A stretch of DNA of 64,000 nt from Cyanidioschyzon merolae (lineage: Eukaryota): assembly GCA_000091205.1 (NCBI GenBank), contig AP006499.2; one strand, written 5' to 3'. The position numbers and the translations under genes were made by a program. Positions 53,807 through 64,000 of this stretch are shown here, in pieces. The notes below the pieces were generated by a model. It had not been told where the DNA came from, made no database searches, and worked only from the letters and a program-made list of their open reading frames with translations. Position 1 is the first letter of the stretch. Every line of letters begins with the position of its first letter.

Positions 53807-55747
53807 ATGTTCGACGTAACCTGGAAGCGGCTGCTATGGATCACTGTATACTTGGTGATCATCCTAGTGCAGACAAGCAATGCGGTGGGGTTCTACATTC
53901 CGGGGGTTGCCCCCGTGGATTATCCGCAGGGTGCTGCGCTCACCATTAAGACGACGAAACTTGTTTCCAGCAAGTCAGTGCTGCCGTACAACTACTATTC
54001 ACTGCCGTTCTGTCGTCCAAAGAAACTTAAGAAGTATCCTGAAAACCTTGGGGAATTGTTATCTGGAGCCCGCATCTACTCAACGCCGTTTGAGGTGCGC
54101 ATGCTCGAGGACAAGACCTGCGCCGTGCTTTGCAGGCGGCGTTTGCGCGAGCGTGACGCAAATATTCTCGCACAACGCATCCGTCAGGAGTACCGCGTCT
54201 TGCTTCAGCTGGATAACTTGCCCGTAGGAGAACCTATCTACGGTGAGGGGCAGAAAATCGGGATCGAGCGTGGCTACCCCCTCGGGGTCGCAGACGCAGC
54301 GGGTACGTACCTTAACAACCACCTTTCGTTCAAGATCTATTACCATAGGCCAAGCGGAGGTCTGAAAATTCCGACGAAAGGCTATCGCATTGTCGGATTT
54401 GAGGTTGCAGCGCTGTCTATTCAACATAGCGAGGCTGCGAACTCTGACTCGCGGAAACCGAACACAACGCTGCTATCGACGTGCTCAACCGCCACGGGAC
54501 CCGACGTGAACGCGCCTCGGCAAGTGGTAGAGCCGGGCGCAGATGTCTTCTACACGTACGATGTGGAGTTTAGTGAGAGCGCCGTGGCTTGGGGCTCTCG
54601 CTGGGATATTTATCTGCAACAGCCACCTACCGCCTCGTCGATACACTGGTTCAGCATCTTGAATTCGTCGCTAATTGTGGTTTTTCTTGCTGCCACAGTG
54701 TTCATGATCCTTCTGAGGACCTTGCGCCAAGATCTTTTGCGATACAATAGCGCGGCCGATGGCGAGGAAGCGGACGAGGAGGAGTACGGCTGGAAGCTCG
54801 TTCACGGGGATGTATTTCGGGCTCCGCGGAATCTGAACATTTTCGCCGTCCTTGTGGGCAGCGGCGCTCAGCTTCTTGGAATGCTTGTTGTCGTACTCGT
54901 TATTGCGATGGCCGGCTTTTTGTCACCGGCAAACCGGGGCGGTCTCGTAACCGCGATGGTCATGCTTTGGCTGGTTATGGCATTTCCGGGCGGCTACGTT
55001 GCTGCCCGCATCTACAAATCCTATCGTGGCACCATGCCGAAACGGGTGACGCTCTCAACGGCGATCCTCTTTCCGGGTATATGTTTCGCAACGTTTTTTG
55101 GCCTGAACCTGCTTCTGTGGATGCTGCAGTCTTCAGCGGCGGTCCCGTTCGTAACGCTTCTGTACATGTTTGTCCTTTGGTTTGGGATATCTATACCGAT
55201 GGCGTTTTTGGGTTCGTATTTGGGGTACAGGAAGCCAGCGATTGATTTCCCCTGTCGGACGAATTTGATTCCACGGCAGATCCCACAGTTACCGCTCTAC
55301 GCACGCACCTGGGTGGGAATGTTGGTAGGCGGTTTGCTCCCGTTCGGTAGCCTTTTCCTCTCGCTGTTCTTCATTCTGAATTCAGTACTCTTCCAGCGCT
55401 ACTACTACTTTTTCGGTTTTCTGACAGCATCGTTTTTCATTTTGCTGTTGACGACAGCTCTGAACAGCATGATTTTTGTATACATTCGACTTTCGTCAGA
55501 AGACTGGCGTTGGCCGTGGTACTCTTTCATGGTATCTTCTAGCACTGGAGGCTACGTTTTTCTCTATTCTGTGTTATATTTGTGGAAAAAACACGAAATT
55601 GACGGCGAAACAGCAATTTCTTGCTTGCTCTTTGTTGTCTATGCGGCCATCGCCTCATCCTTTATCGGTGTGGCGCTCGGTGCCGTTGGCTTCCTCGCAG
55701 CGCTCGGGTTTGTGCGACGAATATACTTGTCTGTGAAGCTTGACTAG
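53807..55747 (+). CDS. Transmembrane 9 superfamily protein (TM9SF / nonaspanin / EMP70)
   Basis: The first plausible ATG is at 53807. The ORF-track start at 53246 lies 187 codons upstream, and the ~560-nt stretch between them does not match the TM9SF N-terminus. This gives a cleavable signal peptide (MFDVTWKRLLWITVYLVIILVQTSNA) followed by the TM9SF N-terminal signature FYIPGVAPVDY..G......K...S......Y.YYSLPFC.P. The luminal domain has WDIYL....IHWFSI.NS. Nine C-terminal TM helices are present. TAG at 55745-55747. Confidence 0.9.
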   Translation: MFDVTWKRLLWITVYLVIILVQTSNAVGFYIPGVAPVDYPQGAALTIKTTKLVSSKSVLPYNYYSLPFCRPKKLKKYPENLGELLSGARIYSTPFEVRMLEDKTCAVLCRRRLRERDANILAQRIRQEYRVLLQLDNLPVGEPIYGEGQKIGIERGYPLGVADAAGTYLNNHLSFKIYYHRPSGGLKIPTKGYRIVGFEVAALSIQHSEAANSDSRKPNTTLLSTCSTATGPDVNAPRQVVEPGADVFYTYDVEFSESAVAWGSRWDIYLQQPPTASSIHWFSILNSSLIVVFLAATVFMILLRTLRQDLLRYNSAADGEEADEEEYGWKLVHGDVFRAPRNLNIFAVLVGSGAQLLGMLVVVLVIAMAGFLSPANRGGLVTAMVMLWLVMAFPGGYVAARIYKSYRGTMPKRVTLSTAILFPGICFATFFGLNLLLWMLQSSAAVPFVTLLYMFVLWFGISIPMAFLGSYLGYRKPAIDFPCRTNLIPRQIPQLPLYARTWVGMLVGGLLPFGSLFLSLFFILNSVLFQRYYYFFGFLTASFFILLLTTALNSMIFVYIRLSSEDWRWPWYSFMVSSSTGGYVFLYSVLYLWKKHEIDGETAISCLLFVVYAAIASSFIGVALGAVGFLAALGFVRRIYLSVKLD

Positions 55748-58420
55748 TGTCGGAAATCGTACCTGTAGAGGACGCTGTTGGTTCTCGTGCCTGTTGTGGC
55801 TTATCGAACAGCCCGCGGATCATGGCCCACGAAGAATAGAGGAGAGCGGCATTCCCGACAGAGGATGCTTTACTGATCGGTACAGTTCCGATTACCAGGT
55901 TGAAAATTGTCGTCGATCGGTCTCAGTTCACTATGCATGATTCAGTCGCATATGTTCTTAACATAGCTCGTTCTTGGTTGCGTGAATAGGCTCCATTTGG
56001 TCTTGTTTGGAGATCCGTACCGAATTCTGCGCAGGCATAGACCTGTCCTGTAGTCGTCGATATTTTGGTGGGCAGTGACCATAGCCTAGCCTCGCATCCA
56101 ATGCTCTATTAGATTACGCGCTCGTCTTCTCCTGAGAAAGTGTCTTGCGGGTGGCCTTGCCCGAAGTTTTTGCACAAGCCTGCCGTGGTAATATGTGCGC
56201 AGCTTTGTCTGCATATGAGCGCGGCCTCTAAGAGAATCAGGACGTTTGTCGGTTGCCTCTGCTTGTCGTGGTAAATCGAATGCCCCGTCAAAGGACACTT
56301 TTTGTATTTTCGTCTGAGTTTCATGCAATGAGCGTGGCGGCCCATGATTATTCCGTTGGATGCGAATTCGGCATGTGTCGTGCTGTTCATTCTAATGGAG
56401 AGATCGTGGAAGGCATGGTGTCATTCGAGCATATGACACCTTTATAGAGCCGGCCCAACTGCGAGTGCACGCCATGATCCGTCCAAAGAAGAGGTTGACG
56501 AGGCCTATTCATTTGCGCCATAGCGTGCGCAGAAAAAGTCTCTGTTTCTCGACGACGCGTTGAGACTTTAAATTACCTGTGACCTTGGAGGCTTTTAGAC
56601 AGAAGCTGATCGTTTTGTGCGGAATTGCGGACCTGCTTCCGAATGCAGATCACGATCGACTTATGAGTGACTCTTTGGTCTGTGGAAGTGACCCAAAAGT
56701 TCGAAGAGTTCGAGTGAGGATGTGACGCTTCTTTTGGATACCTTTTGCTACGGACCTCATCGCGTATGAGCTGAACCTGGCAAGGTAGACAGACAAAGCC
56801 TGCATCAGGACTGCTATGCGAACCTCGACGGTGCTGAAAGAATCCTGGCGTCCAAATGAAGATATTCGTGCAAACAAAGAGCTGTGCACGCATGTCATGC
56901 TTTCAATCCCGAAACCCAGTAGTCGTCTTGAACACATCAACGAATCTGAATTTTACTCGGCGCATACTTTGCACTTGGGAGCGGTCAGGCACTTGCTCTA
57001 CCCAGAATAAGTGTGCGCAACGCCAAGGGGATATGGCTGCTGCAGAGCATGTCGAACATTCTTTGCTTGTTGGTAAACAAAACATAAGGCGTTCTGCGGA
57101 CGTCGCCGCCATGGTTGGGACAGATTATGTTCAACTGCGTACAGAATAACCAGCGTCTCGATCATCAGAAACCCAAAGCCTATTCGAGATGCCTATGCAT
57201 CAAAGCGGCACAGTAAGCCTCGCTGCTGGTTAGGCGTGATGATGATGTATCCGGTAAGGTTCAAGACGGTGCATTTGATATTGTTTCCTGGACAAGATTG
57301 TCCATGAATACGTTGGCCAGATATCGATTCAATAGATGCAGGGATGCGAAGAGGAAGCGTTCTGCCTCTGAACGCTAACCCCGCTAGTGCATCTGGCGTC
57401 GCAGCGGGCGTGTGCAGTTTGTGCGGAAACCGAAGCGTGGTAAGATCTATCCTCCATGTTTGGAAAGGGGAATGCTGCTGTGAAGCGGCAAACAAAAAAA
57501 GATTGTGGAAACACTGACGACTCTTCTTTGGATATCAAGAGCTTCTGGGCACTTTGTGCACACGAGGTTTGATGCATACATCTCTCTGTGGAAAACAGGA
57601 GCGGAATATGTGCTCCCGAGCATACTCCGAGCGCATCAGCTGCTATAGCATGGCTAGAAGCGATTGCTCATCCGAATGCGGAGGAGCGCGCGCGATGCAT
57701 CTTGCGGATGGTGCTGTATCCGAGACACCAATGCACGGACACCGCCCCTTTATGACGAAAAACGCGTTCGGTGGCGTTGCGCACCAGTCGTGGCGCACTG
57801 AGCCCTGCTGATGAGCACACAGTAGCGTCCATTCTCAGCGAGCGACTCTAGCGTCACGCTTGCACCCCGCTGTGGCCCCCCATACGGGCGACAGCTGCCA
57901 GTCAGTAAAGTCCACGCATCCAGTCGCCGCGAGATTCGAGTTCACAAACTAATCTATGACGCAAGCCTCTTCACCTCAGTCGAGACTGTGCGCTCTATTG
58001 CATGCGCTGAGCACGCTCCCAGTGCCGACGTGCTCGACAGTGCGCCACTTTGCTGCCTACAAGTCCTAGGGGATGCGATTTCCAGGCCTGCATCTAGTGC
58101 ATGTCTTTGGAAGAACAACACGTATGCGTTTCCAGCGGTTACACGCACAACCAGGCGTCACAAACAAGGATCGTTCAAGGCACGCATGTCACAAATACAC
58201 TTGGAGCATGCACACATGCGCATCCCCAGCGGATTCGATCACATGGAGGCGTCAAGGGTATCGATGCACGCATCGGGGTGCGTGCCCGTGACACGCATGG
58301 GCGCGCGCGATGCGTGCGCCTCGGTTAATTTCCCGCTGGCAACGCCGCTGCGCACTCGAGGCGCTCCTTTGAGGGCACGCTGCTGAGCTGTGTCGCCTGC
58401 ATATTCCCATAACGTCGTTT

Positions 58421-60118
58421 TCAGTGCCATCCCTTGTTGTCGCCAACGCTGGAAGTGTACTTGATCCAGCGCATGGCCTCATGGTCGTCGGCGGTGAGCG
58501 CGATGTGTCCATAGACCCAGGCGCGGAAGTACCAGAAGCACCAGAAGACAACGATCCAGACGATACCGGCGAGCGGCAGCTGCAGCACCGACGGTAGCGC
58601 CGGCAGATCGAGGACCGCGTGCGCAAAAAGCAGCTCCGCGAACAACAGCGATGGCAGGTAGTGGTAGATAAACGTACTTCGCTGGATCGGCATGTACGGG
58701 AGAATGCCGAGCGCATAGCCAAGCAGAAGGAATGTTGCCAGCCGCAGGTAGCGCTCCCATGCGTCCGTGCTCGTTCCACGCTTTTTCCGCTGGCGAATCA
58801 GGCGCAGCAAGAACGGCATTGCCGCCACTGTACCAAGCACCGCTGCCAAGCACATCCAGAATAGCAGCGGATTCCCGATCAGATAGATCTGCATGGCGTG
58901 ATGCGGGCGCAGCGGTCGCCCGTCAGCATCCAACGTACCCTCCTGCCAGCGATCCCAGTAGAGGAGGCCACGGCCTACGTAGGGCCATGTGTGCCAGCGC
59001 GCTTGCCACTGGTGCTCATCGAGGATGCGCGCGTTCGCCAGCAGCATCTCCTTGTTGAGCTGCCAGACGAGCTTGAGGAAAGGCGGCTTTCGGGCCTGCG
59101 GGTCGTAGCCGTCGCGACCAATGAGGGTCCGCTGGAACTCGGCGCTCATAAAGTCACCGCCTGGTCCATTATAGATCAGAATCTGAAAGTGCGGGTACCA
59201 GAGCGCCACGTACAAGAGCAGGGCTGTTGCGGCGACGATCGCGCAGGTGCTCCACTCGAGCGGTTCGGCGGCGAGCGCAGCGCCGGCAACCGACTCGAGG
59301 CCGAAGAGGCCGGGCACCACGAGCGTGGTCCACTTCACTGAGAGCGCTGCACCGCTCGCGAGGCCGGCGCGCACTGCAGCCCAGCGTCGAGCGCGGCTCG
59401 CTAGAGGCGTGCGCCACAGCCGCACGAACGCATCGATGCATAGCGCGGAGTAGAAGATGAGCTGCGAGTCCGTGAGGATATGGCGCGCCTCGATCAGGTT
59501 CAGCATGTCGAAGAGCAGAAACACGCCCACACTAGTGGCTGCGATCCGCGACATACCCATCCCGCGGGCGATGCGGAAGCCTAGCGGAGGCAGGAGCGCC
59601 CCGAAGACGCCAGCGCACGCGCGCATCGCATAGTACCGGCTGTCTGGTGGGTAGACCTTGTCGACGTACCAGTCGCGATTCGGGACGTCACCAGCGAGTT
59701 TCGCGACTGCAGCCAGCGTGAGCTTCGCCAGAGGCGGGTGGATATCAAAGAAGTAGGTGCGATTGAGGTAGTGGTGTGCGAACGACGCAAAGTGAACCTC
59801 ATCGAAGACGCATTCGGGTGGCCAGCGGATCCGGTAGAGGCGCGTCCACAGTCCAAGCAGCACGAGCGCACCCGTGAGCCAGGCGTCCGGGTTCGCGCGT
59901 ACGTGCGCAGTCGAGCGCAGCACTAGTCGTTCGAGTGGTGATGCCTGTTGTTTCCGCGGGTGAGCGCCCTGGTGCTCATGCTGTGGTGTGTCCACTTTGG
60001 TGCGGCCCTGATGCATGACGTCCAAGTCTGCCGCCTGCACACGCTCAGCTGACGGCGACGAGGCGGGTAGCGAAGCGGCGGTGGCGTCCGCGGCTCTTCG
60101 CTTGACAGCAGGCGCCAT
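58421..60118 (-). CDS. Dolichyl-phosphate-mannose:protein O-mannosyltransferase-like (GT39/PMT family), lacking the MIR-domain loop
   Basis: The PMT loop-1 signature VFDEVHFASFAHHYLNRTYFFDIHPPLAKL resembles yeast Pmt VFDEVHFG.FA..Y....YFFDVHPP. Multiple TM helices are present, plus the conserved C-terminal block WHTWPYVGRGLLYW..MQIYLIGNPLLFW. Only ~60 aa sit where eukaryotic PMT1/2/4 carry ~200 aa with three MIR motifs. ATG at 60118, TGA at 58421-58423. Confidence 0.8.
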   Translation of the reverse strand: MAPAVKRRAADATAASLPASSPSAERVQAADLDVMHQGRTKVDTPQHEHQGAHPRKQQASPLERLVLRSTAHVRANPDAWLTGALVLLGLWTRLYRIRWPPECVFDEVHFASFAHHYLNRTYFFDIHPPLAKLTLAAVAKLAGDVPNRDWYVDKVYPPDSRYYAMRACAGVFGALLPPLGFRIARGMGMSRIAATSVGVFLLFDMLNLIEARHILTDSQLIFYSALCIDAFVRLWRTPLASRARRWAAVRAGLASGAALSVKWTTLVVPGLFGLESVAGAALAAEPLEWSTCAIVAATALLLYVALWYPHFQILIYNGPGGDFMSAEFQRTLIGRDGYDPQARKPPFLKLVWQLNKEMLLANARILDEHQWQARWHTWPYVGRGLLYWDRWQEGTLDADGRPLRPHHAMQIYLIGNPLLFWMCLAAVLGTVAAMPFLLRLIRQRKKRGTSTDAWERYLRLATFLLLGYALGILPYMPIQRSTFIYHYLPSLLFAELLFAHAVLDLPALPSVLQLPLAGIVWIVVFWCFWYFRAWVYGHIALTADDHEAMRWIKYTSSVGDNKGWH

Positions 60119-60552
60119 TTTAGGTCCGTGGGAGTACGGCCGGCGCAGGAATCACCAAAGTGTCCCGCCTCGGGGGTCACCAGGGGCAGCGGTTAGGCGT
60201 GTGCAGTCGTCTGCGGACAGGCCGCTGTCAAAGGCAGGCGCTCGACGCTGCCGCTGCTGCTTCGCGTGTGATTGAAGAACGTAAACTACTCGCCGACTAG
60301 CTAGCTCTTTGAACGTTTGACGTGCTTGACAGTGCGTACGCTCCGACGGCGATACTGCGCGTGCAGGCACAGGAGGTAATAGCTGCCTGGGCCTGAGTGC
60401 ACTTTGAGTGCCGGGATCACGGACGAAGATGACCTGCTCGTTCTCGGCGGGTACGCACCGGCTCGTACACCAGCAACTGCAGCGTTTCCCAAAATCCGGT
60501 CGTGTGCCTGGGCGTCGCTCCTGTTGCAACTGGTGCAGTGCTTTGGAAGCGC

Positions 60553-60622
60553 TCGGCTACTGTTCGGCTACTGTTCGGCTACTGTTCGGCTACTGTTCGG
60601 CTACTGTTCGGCTACTGTTCGG
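60553..60622. repeat. 11-bp minisatellite (GGCTACTGTTC) x6
   Basis: 'tcggctactgttcggctactgttcggctactgttcggctactgttcggctactgttcggctactgttcgg', read directly. It generates the spurious LLFGYCSATVR-repeat ORFs. Confidence 0.85.
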
Positions 60623-61354
60623 AAACGTCTGGTGCTCACCGACGACGAGTCCGAGCTTCCAGGCCACCACCGCCTTTTACACTCGAACGGCGCCAGCGGT
60701 GTACAGTACTGGCGAGAAGCCCGCCCTACCAAGAAGTCTCCAATTGCTATGCAGACGCCCCCCGTCTTTTTGGACCGGCCACCTACTCCTGCTTCCAATC
60801 TTGTCTCATATAAATCGAGTTTGAGAGGTTGTCCATCAAAGTTCTCTCATGTCGACTCTGGAGGTACTTTCTCCAGCACCGCACTTCTTCTGAAATTGAT
60901 GGCGGCATCAAAGGCACGATTTACATACCCCATCCGTTTCTTGCCCTCATTCGTTGTACTTGCTATTGCAAGTAGTCCAGGAACTTTCGCCCTTCTTTCC
61001 ATTAGCAGTTCCGTCAGCGGTCCGTACTTTGCTAATTCCTCAGGGCTGCGCTGACACTTTTCCATCTCCACTCTCTGAAGTATACAGCCCAGCGCATGGT
61101 GTGTACACAATGTTCGGAACCCGTCTACAGGGATTGTAAGAAAACGCCGTGCACACACATTGTATGTCCTCGTCGACGAAGCTGGCGTAGTCCGCTTTTT
61201 GGAGCCCAGCTCCATGCCCCATAGGCTACTATGAGCCACTGACTCTCATTCTCCTGGAGGCGTTCAACGCATTGAAAAAGTTCGCGAATGAACGCTTCCT
61301 ACCACAGTAAGGACTCATAGGTAGACTAGCCCACCGGGGCCTTCTACACTTCTT

Positions 61355-61906
61355 CTACAGCGCATCCCAGTGGACAAAACGAACCTTCATGAATTCTCGA
61401 AAAGCCTGAGAGTCCGCTCGTCGGCTCGTCAACTCGCCCATAACCTCCAGATACTCTTTCACTCCTGCATTTAAAGTCTCAATTATCTTCCCCGGATTCA
61501 TGATTCCCGCTTCTCGGTAGTACCTCGATCTCGAGATCCTGAAAAAGACGCATGCCTTTCTGACGTAAGCAACATTTAGTAAAATCTTAGGAACGCTTGG
61601 GTACAGCGATGGTAATGACGTCAGTATTCCAGGAGTAAAGGCCGACGACGAAGTCGTTCTCGTGTAGATGATACGTCCCGTGGCCTTTCGTCTTGTTTTC
61701 GTGCTTCGGCAAGGGCGGTAACGGAGACGGGATAGGACGAAGTGCCTGCAACCGCTGAAAGTGAACCAATATGTATACCCCATCGTCATCGATGGCCCCC
61801 GTGAATACCTTCTTTTGGCCGGTATCGGACGCTTGCAATCGAAGTTATTCTTCCAGTAGGTGTCCCGGGCTTCACCAGTGACCTCTTTGGTGCCTCTATC
61901 GAGCAC
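61355..61906 (-). other. Unassigned ORFs in an AT-richer segment, including the overlapping 61587..61838 frame. This is a possible gene with non-host-like composition; its product is not recognisable.
   Basis: The minus-strand ORFs (...GIMNPGKIIETLNAGVKEYLEVMGELTSRRADSQAFREFMKVRFVHWDAL; VFTGAIDDDGVYILVHFQRLQ...GHGTYHLHENDFVVGLYSWNT) look protein-like, but I recognise no family. Codon composition differs from the GC3-rich genes elsewhere in the window. Confidence 0.2.
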
Positions 61907-64000
61907 TGGATAAATCTCTTTCTTGAAGGCCTAAAGAAATCTAGAGTCGATATTCACAAAATATGACTTGAGCTCGCATAACCGGACGAAAAATAAACCG
62001 CAACAGGAAAAGGTCTTCAGTTTCATTTCTCCAGCAATTCATTATATCCATACTCAGCTCCATTTCGGCCTTGCGTTCGAGATCTAGGCTCCAAAACATG
62101 GAGTAGGACATGAGGAGGGGGGGAACAAATCTCTTCGTCATTACTCATATCTGAAAATATTTCTCATGGGTTGACAAGCCCAAAGACCGAACGATGCTTT
62201 AGACTAGTGGCGCGGATAACAGAAGCGTCATTCGTTAACTTTCATGATATGACCATGTCGACGGATATGTTCTCCTGTTCATGCTGGCGATCGTTCCTGA
62301 TAACATCGATGATTGGCCGCATCCCTTCGCGAAAAAGCCCGCGTAGAGCGCAAAGGGGGCGCCATTCATGGAAAAGATGACGGTTAAGATTTTTTGGTTC
62401 CTCGCGTTCGTGAGGCAACCCATTGCCCTGTATTCGTACATATCTGCGTCACCCCTGTGTCCAGCACCGTTGTCGCGGAATTTCTCGTAAATTTTGAGGT
62501 AGGCATCCGCCCGCTCTCTTCTCATTGATGCTTCCCTATTCGGAGAAATCAGGTGGTTGATAGAATTCTCTTTGAAAAACTATTCCGGAAATACCACTTT
62601 TGCGATGTGCGTTACGTCGCGATGCTGCTCGATCTGCAAATGCGTCACTCCTAAACAAGAGCTACAAACATTCCTGGAGTGCGAATCGACGCGGTTTCTA
62701 ATAGCGTCTTGAAACAATCAGTAGTACGGGTCATAGATATGTTGAAGAATATAGGATTCCACCACCATCTCGTCGCACAGACGTCACTATGGCAGCCATC
62801 GATGTAAGGCCTCCCCATGTTGCTTCTTCTACTTTCCTGACCGTCTTCGCTAGACACTATGTCGCGTTTCCTTCTGACATCCGGCAACACCGGCCACCCA
62901 AAACCCACTACCTCCAATTACAAAAGTCTGACATTTTTTAAGTGAACAACTCATCGGACGCCTCTGCCTTGAACGCGAAAATCAGTAGAATACACATACA
63001 GAAAGTTAGAAACGCCATTGAATCCAAAGCAATACTATGATACAATTCGATCGCAAATGCAAGCGGCCCCGATAGAGCAGTCGCTCCAGAAGAGGTCATT
63101 GTAACGATTCTCTAGATCGGCAACACGAACGTGGAGTGAAGTGGCGGACAGAGTTCGCAAAGCGTTCGCAGGGCACACAATATAGAAAGTACAAAAAAAA
63201 TAATATACACGAACGGAAGAGCAAGTATTAACGCCACCTACTGTAGACGGTAAAAGGAAGAAGTCTTAGCGTATGGTCAAGCACTGAAATTTTGGCGGAG
63301 GGTCGGCAAGCAGCGAGACTCTCGCAACCTCTAATCCGAGAGACCATACAGTAGCGAGTGATGTAACGCACCTTAGCATCTCCTCTGCAAAAGATGAGAT
63401 TCTGAACCAGGAGTGGGTATATTGCGCATAAGAGTCACCTAGATTGCGGTAGACGAATGGTAGAGCGCTTTACGCTAACGCAGGCAAAAGGTCTGCAAGA
63501 ACAGCTTGAAGGCTGCCGAGAAAATAAATGTACTTGATCCTAAGTTGCATGAAGCAAACCGTTTCCAACGCGATCCGTAGAACGCCAGAGCTGCTCTCTT
63601 TCCAAACTGCATCCGCAGCAGCGACGGATACGCCACTGCGAATGCAGATGGCAGGTACGCGACGCAGGATAGAAAATCTGAACCGATCAGCACAGCCGAG
63701 AAAAAGTAAATGCGAGAAAGGGAAAAAAACTGGTCAGCGGAAAGAACGATTTCCCGAAACTAGTATCCATCCAGCAATTTCGCCGGTCTTACCAGTGGGC
63801 AAGTCCACCAAAGCATAAAAAGCATAGATACGGAGGTAATTCCCTAATGGCTCTGGTACGCTAGATGAAAAACATGACGTGTGCATAGGAGCTCAGACCG
63901 AACCGCCGAAGGAGAATCCCTAATGAGTCTGAATTGATAGACGTCAAAATCACAGACGCTTTCGCGCTGGGATCATCGCTGTAATGGGGGGAATGGGGGG

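Noticed and set aside
60404-61054. 216-aa plus-strand ORF containing LLFGYCSATVR repeats
   Set aside because: The repeat peptides come from the 11-bp minisatellite read in three frames. The remainder is low-complexity.
63440-63500. tRNA-like stretch 'gaatggtagagcgctttacgctaacgcagg' (D-loop-like GGTAGAGCG)
   Set aside because: I could not fold a cloverleaf with a 7-bp acceptor stem. No complementary anticodon stem and no GTTCGA/TTCGAAT T-loop box is present.

Overview
This window is eukaryotic nuclear DNA that is GC-rich (roughly 55-58% by eye) and largely intron-poor, with genes on both strands. The gene content fits a stramenopile/oomycete-like or similar protist, but the organism cannot be assigned from sequence alone. 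Homopolymeric codon runs (polyQ, polyD/N, polyA) occur in several genes.

The supplied ORF track uses GTG/TTG codons as 'M' starts, so I trimmed the 5' ends of several CDS to the first plausible in-frame ATG.

Fifteen protein-coding genes are recognisable from motifs I can read directly:
- a cryptochrome/photolyase with a large low-complexity insertion and a long C-terminal tail
- a CANT1-type apyrase
- a signal-peptide/TM receptor-like TKL kinase
- UDP-glucose:glycoprotein glucosyltransferase (UGGT)
- an organellar ribosome-recycling factor
- a Yip1-family protein
- ribosomal protein L17/uL22
- a Pyridox_oxase_2-type FMN-binding protein
- a single-domain rhodanese
- an MGME1/Cas4-like PD-(D/E)xK nuclease
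- a PrxQ/BCP peroxiredoxin
- Sec24
- a CHRAC1/POLE4-like histone-fold protein
- a TM9SF nonaspanin
- a MIR-less PMT-type O-mannosyltransferase

A 4-aminobutyrate aminotransferase locus has an almost intact 3' half with one G-homopolymer frameshift, and a collinear 5' half scattered over at least three reading frames. It is a probable pseudogene.

Two diverged ~1.35-kb copies of a Tc1/mariner-like DDE transposon relic lie in direct orientation 18.8 kb apart. Each sits immediately 5' of a plus-strand gene.

Intergenic DNA is unusually rich in head-to-tail tandem repeats. These comprise a 92 bp x9 array carrying a CACGTG core, and 123 bp x3, 65 bp x3, 140 bp x2, ~117 bp x2 and 11 bp x6 arrays. 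Several sit in promoter-proximal positions.

The last ~2.8 kb of the window is markedly AT-richer, and its ORFs are unrecognisable.

I find no prokaryotic-type operon, CRISPR array or defence island. The most novel-looking items are the MIR-less PMT, the disrupted GABA-T locus, the transposon-flanked gene block, the CACGTG repeat array and the unusual cryptochrome architecture.
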